A stretch of 64,000 nt of DNA from an uncultured Solirubrobacterales bacterium. GTDB taxonomy: Bacteria; Actinomycetota; Thermoleophilia; Solirubrobacterales; Solirubrobacteraceae. The position numbers were made by a program, and so were the translations under genes. Position 1 is the first letter of the stretch. Every line of letters begins with the position of its first letter. The DNA lies in contig CAVTCI010000018.1 of NCBI GenBank assembly GCA_963733245.1, positions 19,512 through 83,511 on the forward strand, in the 5' to 3' direction. Below are positions 1 to 8,380 of this stretch, one piece after another. The notes under the pieces were generated by a model, which saw only the letters and a list, made by a program, of their open reading frames with translations, did not search any database and was not told the origin of the DNA.

Positions 1-125
1 CCTGCTCGGCGGCCGTCCGCTGGGTCCAGGCGCACGGGACCGACGTGAGCGGGCAGCTCGGGCTGAGGCCGGCCGCGACGGGCCTGCTCTACCACGTCAC
101 CCCGGCGGCGGCGGCGGCCGGCTGA
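1..125 (+). CDS. 3' end of an unidentified gene (5' part outside window)
   Basis: Frame 3 reads ...VRWVQAHGTDVSGQLGLRPAATGLLYHVTPAAAAAG* with G/C at nearly every third codon position; stop TGA at 123-125. Absent from the ORF track because no start lies in the window. Confidence 0.3.
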   Translation, partial: CSAAVRWVQAHGTDVSGQLGLRPAATGLLYHVTPAAAAAG

Positions 126-133
126 GGCGATGC

Positions 134-871
134 TCAGCGGAAGACGGCCATCAGCGAGAGGCCGCAGGGGATGCGCCGGCCGGCGCCGATCACCCGAGCC
201 TCGAGCTCGAGCGGCCGCTCGAGCAGGCGGTTGAGCCGCGGCGGGGTCCGCTCGAGGTCGGAGACGGCGGTCGTCCCGTCGACGCCGGGCCGGCGGAGGC
301 GGAGGATCGCCCGGTGGGCGACCGCGGCGGGGAGGAGGATGCCGTTGAAGTGGGTGGTCGACGCCGTCTGCCAGCCGGCGTCGCCGGCGGCGATCGAGAG
401 CGTGCCGCGGGTGTAGCGCCGCCGGTGGTGGTTGATCACGTCGTGCTCGCTCCAGAGCCATTGGTAGGCGGGGACGGTGACCAGGAGGAGGCCGCCGGGC
501 CGTACGACCCGGCGGAGCTCACGGAGCGCCTCGCGGTCGTTGTCGAGATGCTCGATCACGTCGAAGCTGACCGCCAGATCGAAGCGGTCGGCCTCGAACG
601 GCGTCGCCTCGAGGCTGGCCTGGACGACGTCGCCGACGCCGCGGGAGCGGGCCTTGGCGACGCTGGCGTCGGCCAGCTCGAGGCCGGTGACCGTGCCGAA
701 GCGGGCGAGGTCGACCATGTTGCGCCCGCTCCCGCAGCCGGCGTCGAGGATCTCGATCGAGTCGGGCAGGCGCAGGGCGCGGAGCTCCTCCTCGATCACC
801 CGGCGGCGACCCCGGTACCACCAGTGGTCGTCCTCGATCTCGTGGGTGCGGAGCTCGTAGACCTCGTCCAT
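134..871 (-). CDS. class I SAM-dependent methyltransferase
   Basis: C-terminal 245 codons of ORF 134..1189. Start moved to ATG at 871 (MDEVYELRTHEIEDDHWWYRGRR) because the upstream part is Arg/Pro/Ser low complexity. Rossmann motif I ILDAGCGSGRN, followed by FDLAVSFDVIEHL and GGLLLVTVP. Confidence 0.8.
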   Translation of the reverse strand: MDEVYELRTHEIEDDHWWYRGRRRVIEEELRALRLPDSIEILDAGCGSGRNMVDLARFGTVTGLELADASVAKARSRGVGDVVQASLEATPFEADRFDLAVSFDVIEHLDNDREALRELRRVVRPGGLLLVTVPAYQWLWSEHDVINHHRRRYTRGTLSIAAGDAGWQTASTTHFNGILLPAAVAHRAILRLRRPGVDGTTAVSDLERTPPRLNRLLERPLELEARVIGAGRRIPCGLSLMAVFR

Positions 872-1215
872 GGGCGGGGATACAAGCAGGCCGGGGAGCG
901 CGGCGGCGGATCGAGGCGCTCCGGGGGTCGCCTTCGGCGGGCGTAACATCGTCGTGGTGCTCGGCCCGTCGAAGCCCGTCCCCCGCCTCGGGGCGCCGGC
1001 CGTGATCGCCCACTTCGGCGGGCGGGCCGAGGTGGTGACGATCGTCGGCATCGAGGACGGCGGCCGGCGCCTGGTGGTCGGCGGAGCCGACGGGGCCCGC
1101 CGGGAGTTCACGCTGCGCCGGGCGACCGCGGCCTTCGTCGCCGTGGGCGAGCAGCACGCGCCGCGGCTGCGCCTGCTCGACGCGGCCACTTCGGCGTAGG
1201 ATCGCCCGCCGCTGG

Positions 1216-1632
1216 TCAGTCGGCCTCGGGTCCCGGCGGCCGGCGGCCGCGCTTGCGCTCGCCGGCCTGGCGCTTGACGTCGAGGCGGCGCCGGCGCGAC
1301 GCGGCCGTTGGCCTGGTCGCGCGGCGGGGGCGGGGAACGGCGAGGGCCCGGGCCAGGCGCTCGGACAGGCGCCGGAGGGCCAGCTCGCGGTTGCGCGCCT
1401 GGCTGCGCCCGTCCTGGGCGATCGCGGTCACCCGCGGCCCGCAGCGGGCGAGCACGCGCTGGCGCTGGGCTTCGCTGAGGGTCTGCGAGCCGCGCACGTC
1501 GAAGCTCGCCTCGATCCGCGAGGCGGTGACGTTGGCATGCTGGCCGCCGGGCCCGGAGGAGCGGCTCGCGCGGACCGTGATCTCGGCCATTGGGATGGCG
1601 ACGTCGCGGTTGACGACGAGCTCGTCGCTCAT
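1216..1632 (-). CDS. arfB: alternative ribosome-rescue factor / peptidyl-tRNA hydrolase ArfB
   Basis: 138-aa ORF with the GGQ motif (SSGPGGQHANVT) and a basic C-terminal tail, as in ArfB/YaeJ release-factor-like proteins. Confidence 0.85.
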   Translation of the reverse strand: MSDELVVNRDVAIPMAEITVRASRSSGPGGQHANVTASRIEASFDVRGSQTLSEAQRQRVLARCGPRVTAIAQDGRSQARNRELALRRLSERLARALAVPRPRRATRPTAASRRRRLDVKRQAGERKRGRRPPGPEAD

Positions 1633-1700
1633 GGGTGGGCGCTTCGCGTGGGCATCCTCAAAGCCCAGTGTGCCAGCGGCTCGCGCCGGCCGGCGGCGGC

Positions 1701-2018
1701 CTACCGGCCGGTGGTGCGGTGCCCGGCGGCGCGCGTGTGCCCGGAGCGCCCGCGGATGGCGCCGGCGCCCCCGCGCCCGGTGCCGGCGGGCGGCGGCGGC
1801 GTGCGACGCACGAGCAGGCGCAGCGCCCGGTCGTCGGGGCCGGCCTCGGCCCGCTCGGTCAGGGTCCGGGGGTGGACGGTGCGGAACCCGGGCCCGCGAT
1901 CGCGGTCGCGGACGGCGACGACGACCTTGGTGGCGCTCGGAGCGTCGAAGACGATGCCGTCGACCGGCCGGCCGCCGTCGGTGACCCGGACGAGCTGGCC
2001 TGGGCTGGGCGACTCCAT
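1701..2018 (-). CDS. hypothetical protein
   Basis: 105-aa ORF (MESPSPGQLVRVTDGGRPVDGIVFDAPSATKVVVAVRDRD...). G/C-rich third positions; no recognisable domain. Confidence 0.4.
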   Translation of the reverse strand: MESPSPGQLVRVTDGGRPVDGIVFDAPSATKVVVAVRDRDRGPGFRTVHPRTLTERAEAGPDDRALRLLVRRTPPPPAGTGRGGAGAIRGRSGHTRAAGHRTTGR

Positions 2019-2104
2019 CCTCGGAGCCTACTCTCGCCCCCGGCCCGGGGGCGATCGCCGGGTGTCGGCGGAGGGGATCGCCGCCGGATGGCGGCGCTCG
2101 AGGG

Positions 2105-2383
2105 CGCTCGGCGCTCCTCGCCCTGCTCGTGCCCCTGCGCCGGGGAGAGGGGACCTTCGCGGGGTTTGCCGGCTACGCCGAGGCGATGCTCGAAGAACGC
2201 GAGTTCCTCATCCGCGAGGCGGTCGGCTGGGGGCTCAGGGAGACGGCCGAGCCGCGGCCGGACCTCGTCTACGGCTGGCTCCTGCCGCGGGCCGCCCGGG
2301 CGTCGTCGGTGACCGTGCGGGAGGCGGTCAAGCCCCTGTCGGCGAACCAGCGGGCGGCGATCGCGGCGGCCCGGTCGCGCTGA
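2105..2383 (+). pseudogene. C-terminal remnant of a DNA alkylation repair (AlkD-like HEAT-repeat) protein
   Basis: ...ALLALLVPLRRGEGTFAGFAGYAEAMLEEREFLIREAVGWGLRETAEPRPDLVYGWL...VREAVKPLS resembles only the last ~90 residues of AlkD-like proteins (EEFFIRKAIGWALRE signature, from memory). The frame opens at 1985 and the upstream translation is not AlkD-like. The N-terminal two-thirds is missing. Confidence 0.5.
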
Positions 2384-2439
2384 GCTCGGACGAGGCCGTG
2401 CGATGATAGGACCAGCCTGTCGTCCGAGGGGAGCCGATC

Positions 2440-3282
2440 ATGAAACTCGAGAGCTCGTTCTCCGTACGGGCGCCGATCGACGAAGTCTGGGCCGCGCTGC
2501 TCGATGTCGAGCGAACGGCTCCGTGCCTGCCGGGCGCCCGGGTGCTCGAGCGCCGGGGCGACGACGTCTACGGGCTGGCCCTCGACGTCGCCCTCGGGGA
2601 GACGCCGGTCTCGTGCCAGGGCGAGGTCGCGATCGTGGAGCGGGAACCCGGGGAGCGGCGGGCGGTGCTCAACCTGACCGCCGAGTCCGACGGCGAGGCC
2701 GGGGCGGTCGCCCGCGTCGAGCTCAGCTTGGTCGCGGAAGGCGAGCTCACGGCGGGCGCGATCTCGGGCGAGCTGTCCCTGAGCGGTGGCGCCGCCGCGG
2801 TTGGCCAGGCGACGATCGAGGCGACCCTCGAGCGGTTGGTCGACGGGTTCGCGCGCAACCTCGCCGCCATGCTCGGCGGCGGCGTTCCGACGGTCAACGG
2901 CGCCGATCCGGCGTCCTCCACCGCCCGGACACCGGCTCCGGTCGGCGACCCGCTGCCCGGCGACCCGCCGCTCGTGGTCGGGCCGGCCGCTCCGGCCGCG
3001 GCCCCGGCGCCGCCGGGCGAGCCGCTCGCCGAGCCGCCGCCGGCCCCGGCGATGGCCGCGGATCCCGGCGCCGCGCCCCCGCCGGAGCCGCCCCCGAGCC
3101 CGGGCGCGGGTAACTGGGCGGGAGCCCCCCGGCCGGCCGGGCCGATCGAGCGCCTGCGGACCCCGCTCGGGGCCGTGCTCGGCGGCCTGGTGATCCTCGG
3201 GCTGCTCTGGCGGTGGACCCGCCGGCGCGGCCGCGGCGCGGGCGAGCCGGAGGCCACCCCCGACGCCGGATCGGCCGCCTGA
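2440..3282 (+). CDS. SRPBCC/CoxG-family protein with Pro/Ala-rich linker and C-terminal membrane anchor
   Basis: N-terminus MKLESSFSVRAPIDEVWAALLDVERTAPCLPGA is typical of CoxG/SRPBCC domains. A long P/A-rich region follows, then the TM helix LGAVLGGLVILGLLW. Confidence 0.7.
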   Translation: MKLESSFSVRAPIDEVWAALLDVERTAPCLPGARVLERRGDDVYGLALDVALGETPVSCQGEVAIVEREPGERRAVLNLTAESDGEAGAVARVELSLVAEGELTAGAISGELSLSGGAAAVGQATIEATLERLVDGFARNLAAMLGGGVPTVNGADPASSTARTPAPVGDPLPGDPPLVVGPAAPAAAPAPPGEPLAEPPPAPAMAADPGAAPPPEPPPSPGAGNWAGAPRPAGPIERLRTPLGAVLGGLVILGLLWRWTRRRGRGAGEPEATPDAGSAA

Positions 3283-3291
3283 GGCCGGCGG

Positions 3292-3480
3292 ATGCTTCCC
3301 CTGGTCCTGGCCCACATCGCGGGCGTGCCGGTAGAGGAGACGCTGCTCAGCGTCGGCCCGGCCCTGGTCGCCGCCGTCTCGGTCGGCCTCGTCCACATCC
3401 GGTCGCTCCGCGACCGGTCCCCGTTCGACGAGGACGGCGACGCCGACGGTCCGCCCGAGGCGGACCGAGACCTCAACTAG
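3292..3480 (+). CDS. small hypothetical membrane protein
   Basis: 62-aa ORF with two hydrophobic stretches and an acidic tail. Strong G/C third-position bias. The stop overlaps the stop of the convergent peptidase gene (CTAG). Confidence 0.4.
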   Translation: MLPLVLAHIAGVPVEETLLSVGPALVAAVSVGLVHIRSLRDRSPFDEDGDADGPPEADRDLN

Positions 3481-4277
3481 CGACGCAGCCCGAGCGGGGG
3501 CCGGCCCGACGCGCGGAGGTCCTGGAGCTCGCCGAGCGCGGGGTCGGTGGGCAGGTGCTCGGGAGCTTCGAGCAGCCGCGTCACGAGCCGCGTCTCGACG
3601 AGCTCGCCTCCGACCAGCTCGACCCGGCACGCCCCGGCCTCGGGGCGGGCGCTGACGACCTCGACGAGGTCGGTCCCGGCGAAGAGGAGCCCGGCCCCGT
3701 CGTCGACCCCGAACCCCGCGGGGATCGCCGCCGTGCGGATGTGCTCGTGGAAGCTGGGCCGGCGGGGCGGGTCGGCGTCGTAGTGGACGCAGTTGCTCCC
3801 GCGCAGCAGGCCGAGGCCTCCGCTCGGGCGCGGCTTTCCGTGGGACCGGGTGATCCCGGCCTCGAACCAGCACATCGACCCGGCGCTGACCCCGCAGAGC
3901 AGGATCCCCGACGCCCAGGCCTCGGCGAGGATGCCGTCGAGCCCGTGGGCCCGCCAGATCGCGATCAGGTTGAGCATGCTCCCGCCGCCGACGTAGATCG
4001 CGTCCTGCTCGAGCAGGTGCTGGCGGATGGCGACGGGATGATCGCCGAGGCGGAAGAGCGACAGATGGGAGGTCCGGCAGCCGAGCCGGCGGAAGCTCGC
4101 GTTGAAGCGGTTGATCTGCTCGACCGGATCGCCGCTCGCCGTCGGCAGCAGGCAGATCCGCGGGCGTTCGGGGCCGGCCAGCTCGGCGATGTAGGCGTCG
4201 AGGGCGCGGTCGCGGGGTCCCGCGCCGAACCCGCCGCCGCCCATGGCGAGGATGCGCGGCGCGCGCGCCGCGCGCAT
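3477..4277 (-). CDS. S51 family peptidase (dipeptidase E-like), paralogue 2
   Basis: Start trimmed to ATG at 4277 (MRAARAPRILAMGGGGF...). Contains LLPTASGD and the nucleophile motif CGVSAGSMCWF. The start overlaps the upstream paralogue's stop (TGATG). Confidence 0.8.
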   Translation of the reverse strand: MRAARAPRILAMGGGGFGAGPRDRALDAYIAELAGPERPRICLLPTASGDPVEQINRFNASFRRLGCRTSHLSLFRLGDHPVAIRQHLLEQDAIYVGGGSMLNLIAIWRAHGLDGILAEAWASGILLCGVSAGSMCWFEAGITRSHGKPRPSGGLGLLRGSNCVHYDADPPRRPSFHEHIRTAAIPAGFGVDDGAGLLFAGTDLVEVVSARPEAGACRVELVGGELVETRLVTRLLEAPEHLPTDPALGELQDLRASGRPPLGLRR

Positions 4278-5089
4278 CAAGAGCCGGCCGCGGCCGCCAG
4301 GCTGGCGGCCGGCGGCGAGACCTGCGCCGGGCCCGACTCGAGCGTCGATCCGGGTGCGACATCGGCGACCGGCGCGCCCGGATCGCCCAGGTAGGTCGTG
4401 CGGAGCGCCGTCCGCACCACCCGGCCGCGGACGGTCCGCATCCGGTAGGCGCGGGCCTTCGGCCGCGAGCTCACGACGCGGACGAGCTGGTCGCCGACGA
4501 AGTGGAGCGCCGCCCCGTCCTCGGACGCGTATCCGGCGCACAATCCGTCGGCGAGGAACTCCCGGTAGGCCCGGTCCCGGTCACGCTCGCCATCGTAGTG
4601 AACGGTGTTGCTCCAGGGGAGGAAACCGAGCCCGCCGACCCGGGTCGGCTTGCCGTGGAAGGCGCTGACCGCCTCGCGGAACCAGCACAGCGAGCCGGCG
4701 CTGACCCCGCAGAGGACGACGCCGGCGTTCCACGCCTCGCGGAGGATGACGTCGATCCCGTGGGCGCGCCAGACGCCGAGGAGGCTGATCACGCTCCCGC
4801 CCCCGACGTAGATGACGTCCTGCCCGAGCAGGTGGGTGCGCAGGTCCGGCGCGGCGGACTCCCGCCGGAAGAGCGAGACGTGCGACGGCTGGCAGCGGGC
4901 GGCGTCGAACGCCCGGTAGAAGCGGACGATGTAGTGGTCGGCGTCGCCGCTGGCCGACGGCAGGAAGCACACCCGGGGGCGCTCCTTCCCGGTCAGGCCG
5001 AGGACGTAGTCGTCGAGCAGGGGGTTTCCGGCCTCCATCGAGAATCCGCCGCCGCCGAAGGCGACGATCTGGGGGGCGGGCGGGCTCAT
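4277..5089 (-). CDS. S51 family peptidase (dipeptidase E-like), paralogue 1
   Basis: 270-aa ORF: IVAFGGGGFS, CFLPSASGD, CGVSAGSLCWF. Collinear similarity to the downstream paralogue. Confidence 0.85.
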   Translation of the reverse strand: MSPPAPQIVAFGGGGFSMEAGNPLLDDYVLGLTGKERPRVCFLPSASGDADHYIVRFYRAFDAARCQPSHVSLFRRESAAPDLRTHLLGQDVIYVGGGSVISLLGVWRAHGIDVILREAWNAGVVLCGVSAGSLCWFREAVSAFHGKPTRVGGLGFLPWSNTVHYDGERDRDRAYREFLADGLCAGYASEDGAALHFVGDQLVRVVSSRPKARAYRMRTVRGRVVRTALRTTYLGDPGAPVADVAPGSTLESGPAQVSPPAASLAAAAGS

Positions 5090-5162
5090 CCGGTGAGCGT
5101 AGGGCGCCGGAGGGCGCCGGTCATTGGCCCGCCGGCAGTGACCGCTTGGACTGCTGGTCCCG

Positions 5163-6119
5163 TCAAGCGGGCGGCTGGTCGATGCTCGACGGCTCCAGGC
5201 GGGTGACGCCGGGCACCAGCGCCGGCGGCGTGGCCCCGGCCCGCGCGCAGGTGGCCGCCGCCACGGCCACGGCGAACCCGGTCGCCGACGCGACGAGGTC
5301 GGCCCGGGCCAGCCCGCGGCGATCGAGCCCGCGCGCGCTCCACCAGGCGAGGAACCCGCCGCTGAAGGCGTCGCCGGCGCCGATCGTGTCGACCACCCGG
5401 ACGGGCGGCGCCGCCACCGGGATCTCGCCCCAGGCGCCGATGGCGACGGCTCCCTCGGCGCCGCAGGTGAGCAGTGCCGTCGACGGGCCGAGGGCGAGCA
5501 GGGCGCGGGCCGCCGCCCGCGGCGGCGTCCCCGGGTCGAGCCAGGCCAGGTCCTCGGCGCTCACCTTGACCAGGTCGCTGTGGCGCAGGACCCGCGCCAG
5601 GCGCGCGCGATAGGCCGCCGCGTCCTCGACCAGCCCGGGCCGGCAGTTGGGATCGACCACGATCAGCGCCCGTCCGGCCAGCGCCTCTACGACGGCCTCG
5701 ATCGCGTCGGCCACCGGCTCGAGCATCAACCCGAGCGTCCCGACGTGGAGCATCCCGACCGCGGCCGGGAGCGCTCCGAGAGCCGCCTCGACGCTCAGGC
5801 CGGCGACCGATGTGCCCTCCGCGTAGAAGCGGTAGCGGGCGGCTCCGTCGGACTCGACGTAGGCCACGGCGAGCGTCGTCGGCTGGTCGGTGTGGACGAC
5901 GCTGTCCACGTCGACGCCGTCTGCCCGGAGGTCCGCCTCGAGCTCGCGTCCCAAGCCGTCGGTCGAGATGCGGCCGAGGAAGGCGACCGGCTGGCCCAAC
6001 CGTCCGATCGTCCGCGCCGTGTTGAACGGGCCCCCGCCCGGGTGCCCCACGAGCCGTCCGGCGCCGTCGGCGACGAGGTCGTAGAGCGCCTCGCCGGCGA
6101 CCAGGATCGGCGCGCTCAT
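5163..6119 (-). CDS. PfkB-family carbohydrate kinase (fructokinase/ribokinase-like)
   Basis: 318-aa ORF with N-terminal VAGEALYD and the C-terminal VDTIGAGDAFSGGF PfkB signature. Its ATG overlaps the LacI-like stop (ATGA at 6116-6119). Confidence 0.85.
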   Translation of the reverse strand: MSAPILVAGEALYDLVADGAGRLVGHPGGGPFNTARTIGRLGQPVAFLGRISTDGLGRELEADLRADGVDVDSVVHTDQPTTLAVAYVESDGAARYRFYAEGTSVAGLSVEAALGALPAAVGMLHVGTLGLMLEPVADAIEAVVEALAGRALIVVDPNCRPGLVEDAAAYRARLARVLRHSDLVKVSAEDLAWLDPGTPPRAAARALLALGPSTALLTCGAEGAVAIGAWGEIPVAAPPVRVVDTIGAGDAFSGGFLAWWSARGLDRRGLARADLVASATGFAVAVAAATCARAGATPPALVPGVTRLEPSSIDQPPA

Positions 6120-7168
6120 GCGGCCGAGCCGGGCGGGATCTCGCCCGAGCCCCGGGCGATCAGCGTCGGGCTCAGCACCACCCGCCGCGACGGCCCGGCG
6201 TCGCCGTCGAGGCGGGCGAACAGCAGCTCGGCCGCCTCGCGCCCGAGGCCGGCGGCGTTCTGGGAGATCACGGTCAGGCCGGGCTCGACGACGCCGGCCA
6301 GGGCGATGTCGTCGAAGCCGACGAGCGCGATCGCGCGCTGGAGGCCGAGGTCGTGGAGCGCCTGGACCGCCTGGATCGTGATCAGGTTCTGGCTCGTGAA
6401 GAGCGCGGTCGGCCGGGCCGACGAGCGCACGAGCTCGCGGGTTCGCTCGTAGGCGTCGGCCGCCCGGGGGAGCGTGTGGCGGATGAGGTCCTCGTCGAGC
6501 GCGAGGCCCGCGGCGGACAGGGCCCGGCGATATCCGCGCAGGCGCTCGGCCGCCGTGTAGAGCTCCGGCCGGTCGCCGAGGAAGGCGATCCGGCGGTGTC
6601 CGCCGGCGATCAGGTGGGACACGCCGGCCTGCGCCCCCCCGGCGTTGTCGGCCAGCGCCGTGTCGGCGTCGATGAAGCTCCCCGGGCGGTCGACGAAGAC
6701 GAGCGCGACCCCGGCCGCCCGATCGCGCATGAGGTAGCTGTGGTCGGAGGCGGCCGGCGCGATGATCAGGCCGTCGACCCCGCGGGATCCGAAGGCCTCG
6801 GCGAGCTCGCGCTCCCGCGCCGGCACCTCGTCCGAGCTGCCGGCGAACGTGAGGACCCCCCGTGCCCGGGCGACGTCCTCGATGCCGCGCTGGACGGCCG
6901 AGAAGAAGGGGTTCGCCACGTCCTCGACGATGACGCCGATGCTCGCCGACAGGCCGTCGGCCCGGCGCAGCGCGCTCGCGGCCACGTTGTGCCGGTAGCC
7001 GAGCGCCACGGCCGCCTCGCGGACGCGGACCGCCAACTCCGCGCCGACGGCGGGGTCGCCGTTGACGACCCGCGAAACCGTGCTCAGGCTGACCCCGGCC
7101 AGCGCCGCCACCTGCTTCATCGTGGCCCGCCGACCGACCGTCGAGGAAAACGTTTCGCCAGCTGCCAT
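6116..7168 (-). CDS. LacI-family transcriptional regulator
   Basis: HTH segment ATMKQVAALAGVSLSTVSRVVNG plus a periplasmic-binding-protein-like core. Start set to ATG 7168 (MAAGETFSS...), which is preceded by GGGAGA. The longer ORF-track N-terminus is unlikely. Confidence 0.85.
   Translation of the reverse strand: MAAGETFSSTVGRRATMKQVAALAGVSLSTVSRVVNGDPAVGAELAVRVREAAVALGYRHNVAASALRRADGLSASIGVIVEDVANPFFSAVQRGIEDVARARGVLTFAGSSDEVPARERELAEAFGSRGVDGLIIAPAASDHSYLMRDRAAGVALVFVDRPGSFIDADTALADNAGGAQAGVSHLIAGGHRRIAFLGDRPELYTAAERLRGYRRALSAAGLALDEDLIRHTLPRAADAYERTRELVRSSARPTALFTSQNLITIQAVQALHDLGLQRAIALVGFDDIALAGVVEPGLTVISQNAAGLGREAAELLFARLDGDAGPSRRVVLSPTLIARGSGEIPPGSAA
7145..7157. promoter_or_regulatory. 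candidate LacI-type operator (inside the 5' end of the regulator gene)
   Basis: ggaaaacgtttcg contains the perfect palindrome aaacgttt. It shares the 9-mer gaaaacgtt with the site at 7281-7289. Confidence 0.35.
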
Positions 7169-7279
7169 GACCTGCAAATCTCCCTGTCCGCGTTGGATTG
7201 CCGGAGTGTACGCGATCTTGATGAGAAAACGAAATCTCTTGACACGGGCCGTTCGGATGCCTAGAGTTCGGCGCATCGC

Positions 7280-7292
7280 TGAAAACGTTCTC
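7280..7292. promoter_or_regulatory. candidate LacI-type operator upstream of the ABC sugar operon
   Basis: tgaaaacgttctc lies about 45 nt upstream of the binding-protein ATG in the divergent intergenic region. It has a CG-centred half-palindrome of the TGnAAnCGnTTnCA type. Confidence 0.4.
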
Positions 7293-7336
7293 TCAAGCTG
7301 ACGCGAGAGAACCGGAGAAGAGGGACGAGGCATCTC

Positions 7337-8380
7337 ATGAGCAAGGGTCGACTGAAGTTCTCGCTGTCGTTGGTGGCGGTGATAGCGCTGATCGCCGCGG
7401 TGGTCGGGGTGGTCGCCGGTCGGGCGTCGGGCGGGTCGTCGAGCGGCGGCGGAGGCGGCGGCAGCGGCGGCAAGGCGGCGGGCAAGGCGGTCGACGTGAT
7501 CATCAAGGCGAGCGACTCGTCCTTCTGGCAGACGATGCTGGCCGGGGCGAAGAAGGCCGGGGGCGACTACGGGCTGTCGATCGGGCTCTTCGGACCGACC
7601 TCGGAGACCGATGTCGCCCAGCAGGTGCAGCTGATCGAGAACTCGATCTCCCGGGGAGTCAAGGCGATCGTGCTCGCGCCGAACTCCTCGACCGGCCTCA
7701 ACGACGCGATCAAGCGCGCCCGGTCGGCCGGGATCAAGGTGATCGTGGTCGACACGGCGGCGAGCACGCCGGCCGAGGGCTTCATCGGCACCGACAACAT
7801 CAAGGCCGGCGTCCAGGCCGGCCAGACCCTCTGCTCCCTGATCCAGGCCAAGGGGAAGAGCACCGGCACGGTGATGGTCGAGTCGTCGGTCGCCGGCGTC
7901 CAGACGATCAAGGACCGCGACACCGGCTTCGCGCAGGGGCTGGCCGCCGCGTGCCCCGGCGTCAAGGTCAGCCTCCAGCGCTACAACAACAACGACATCA
8001 ACACCGCGGCGAGTCAGGTCAACGACGCGCTGACGGCCAACCCGAACCTGCTCGGGATCTTCGCCGACAACAACGTCTCCGGCGTGGGCGCGGCGCGGGC
8101 GATCAAGGACAACCAGGCGACGGGGAAGATCCCGGTCGTCGCGTTCGACACCGACCCGCAGGAGAACGCGGCGCTCACCGACGGCTCGATCAGCGCGCTC
8201 GTCGTCCAGAACCCGTACTTCTTCGGCTACCAGGGCGTGGTCGAGGCCGGGATGGCCGCAGTCGGGAGCCAGCCGCCGCCGACGCTCGATCCGGGCGCCG
8301 TCGTGGCCACCAAGGCCAACGCGACCTCGCCGGTCGTGGCCCCGCTGCTCAACCCGCCGACGGCGAAGGCCGGGGCATGA
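7337..8380 (+). CDS. sugar ABC transporter substrate-binding protein (ribose/monosaccharide type)
   Basis: 347-aa ORF with an N-terminal TM anchor plus a Gly/Ser linker, followed by a type I periplasmic-binding fold (VDVIIKASDSSFWQTMLAGAKKAG..., GVKAIVLAPNSS). Confidence 0.85.
   Translation: MSKGRLKFSLSLVAVIALIAAVVGVVAGRASGGSSSGGGGGGSGGKAAGKAVDVIIKASDSSFWQTMLAGAKKAGGDYGLSIGLFGPTSETDVAQQVQLIENSISRGVKAIVLAPNSSTGLNDAIKRARSAGIKVIVVDTAASTPAEGFIGTDNIKAGVQAGQTLCSLIQAKGKSTGTVMVESSVAGVQTIKDRDTGFAQGLAAACPGVKVSLQRYNNNDINTAASQVNDALTANPNLLGIFADNNVSGVGAARAIKDNQATGKIPVVAFDTDPQENAALTDGSISALVVQNPYFFGYQGVVEAGMAAVGSQPPPTLDPGAVVATKANATSPVVAPLLNPPTAKAGA

Noticed and set aside
2269-4362. 697-aa ORF on the minus strand.
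   Set aside because: The translation is Arg/Pro/Gly/Ala low complexity. It overlaps well-supported genes (CoxG-like, S51 peptidase) in other frames or strands. This is a typical high-G+C open-frame artefact.
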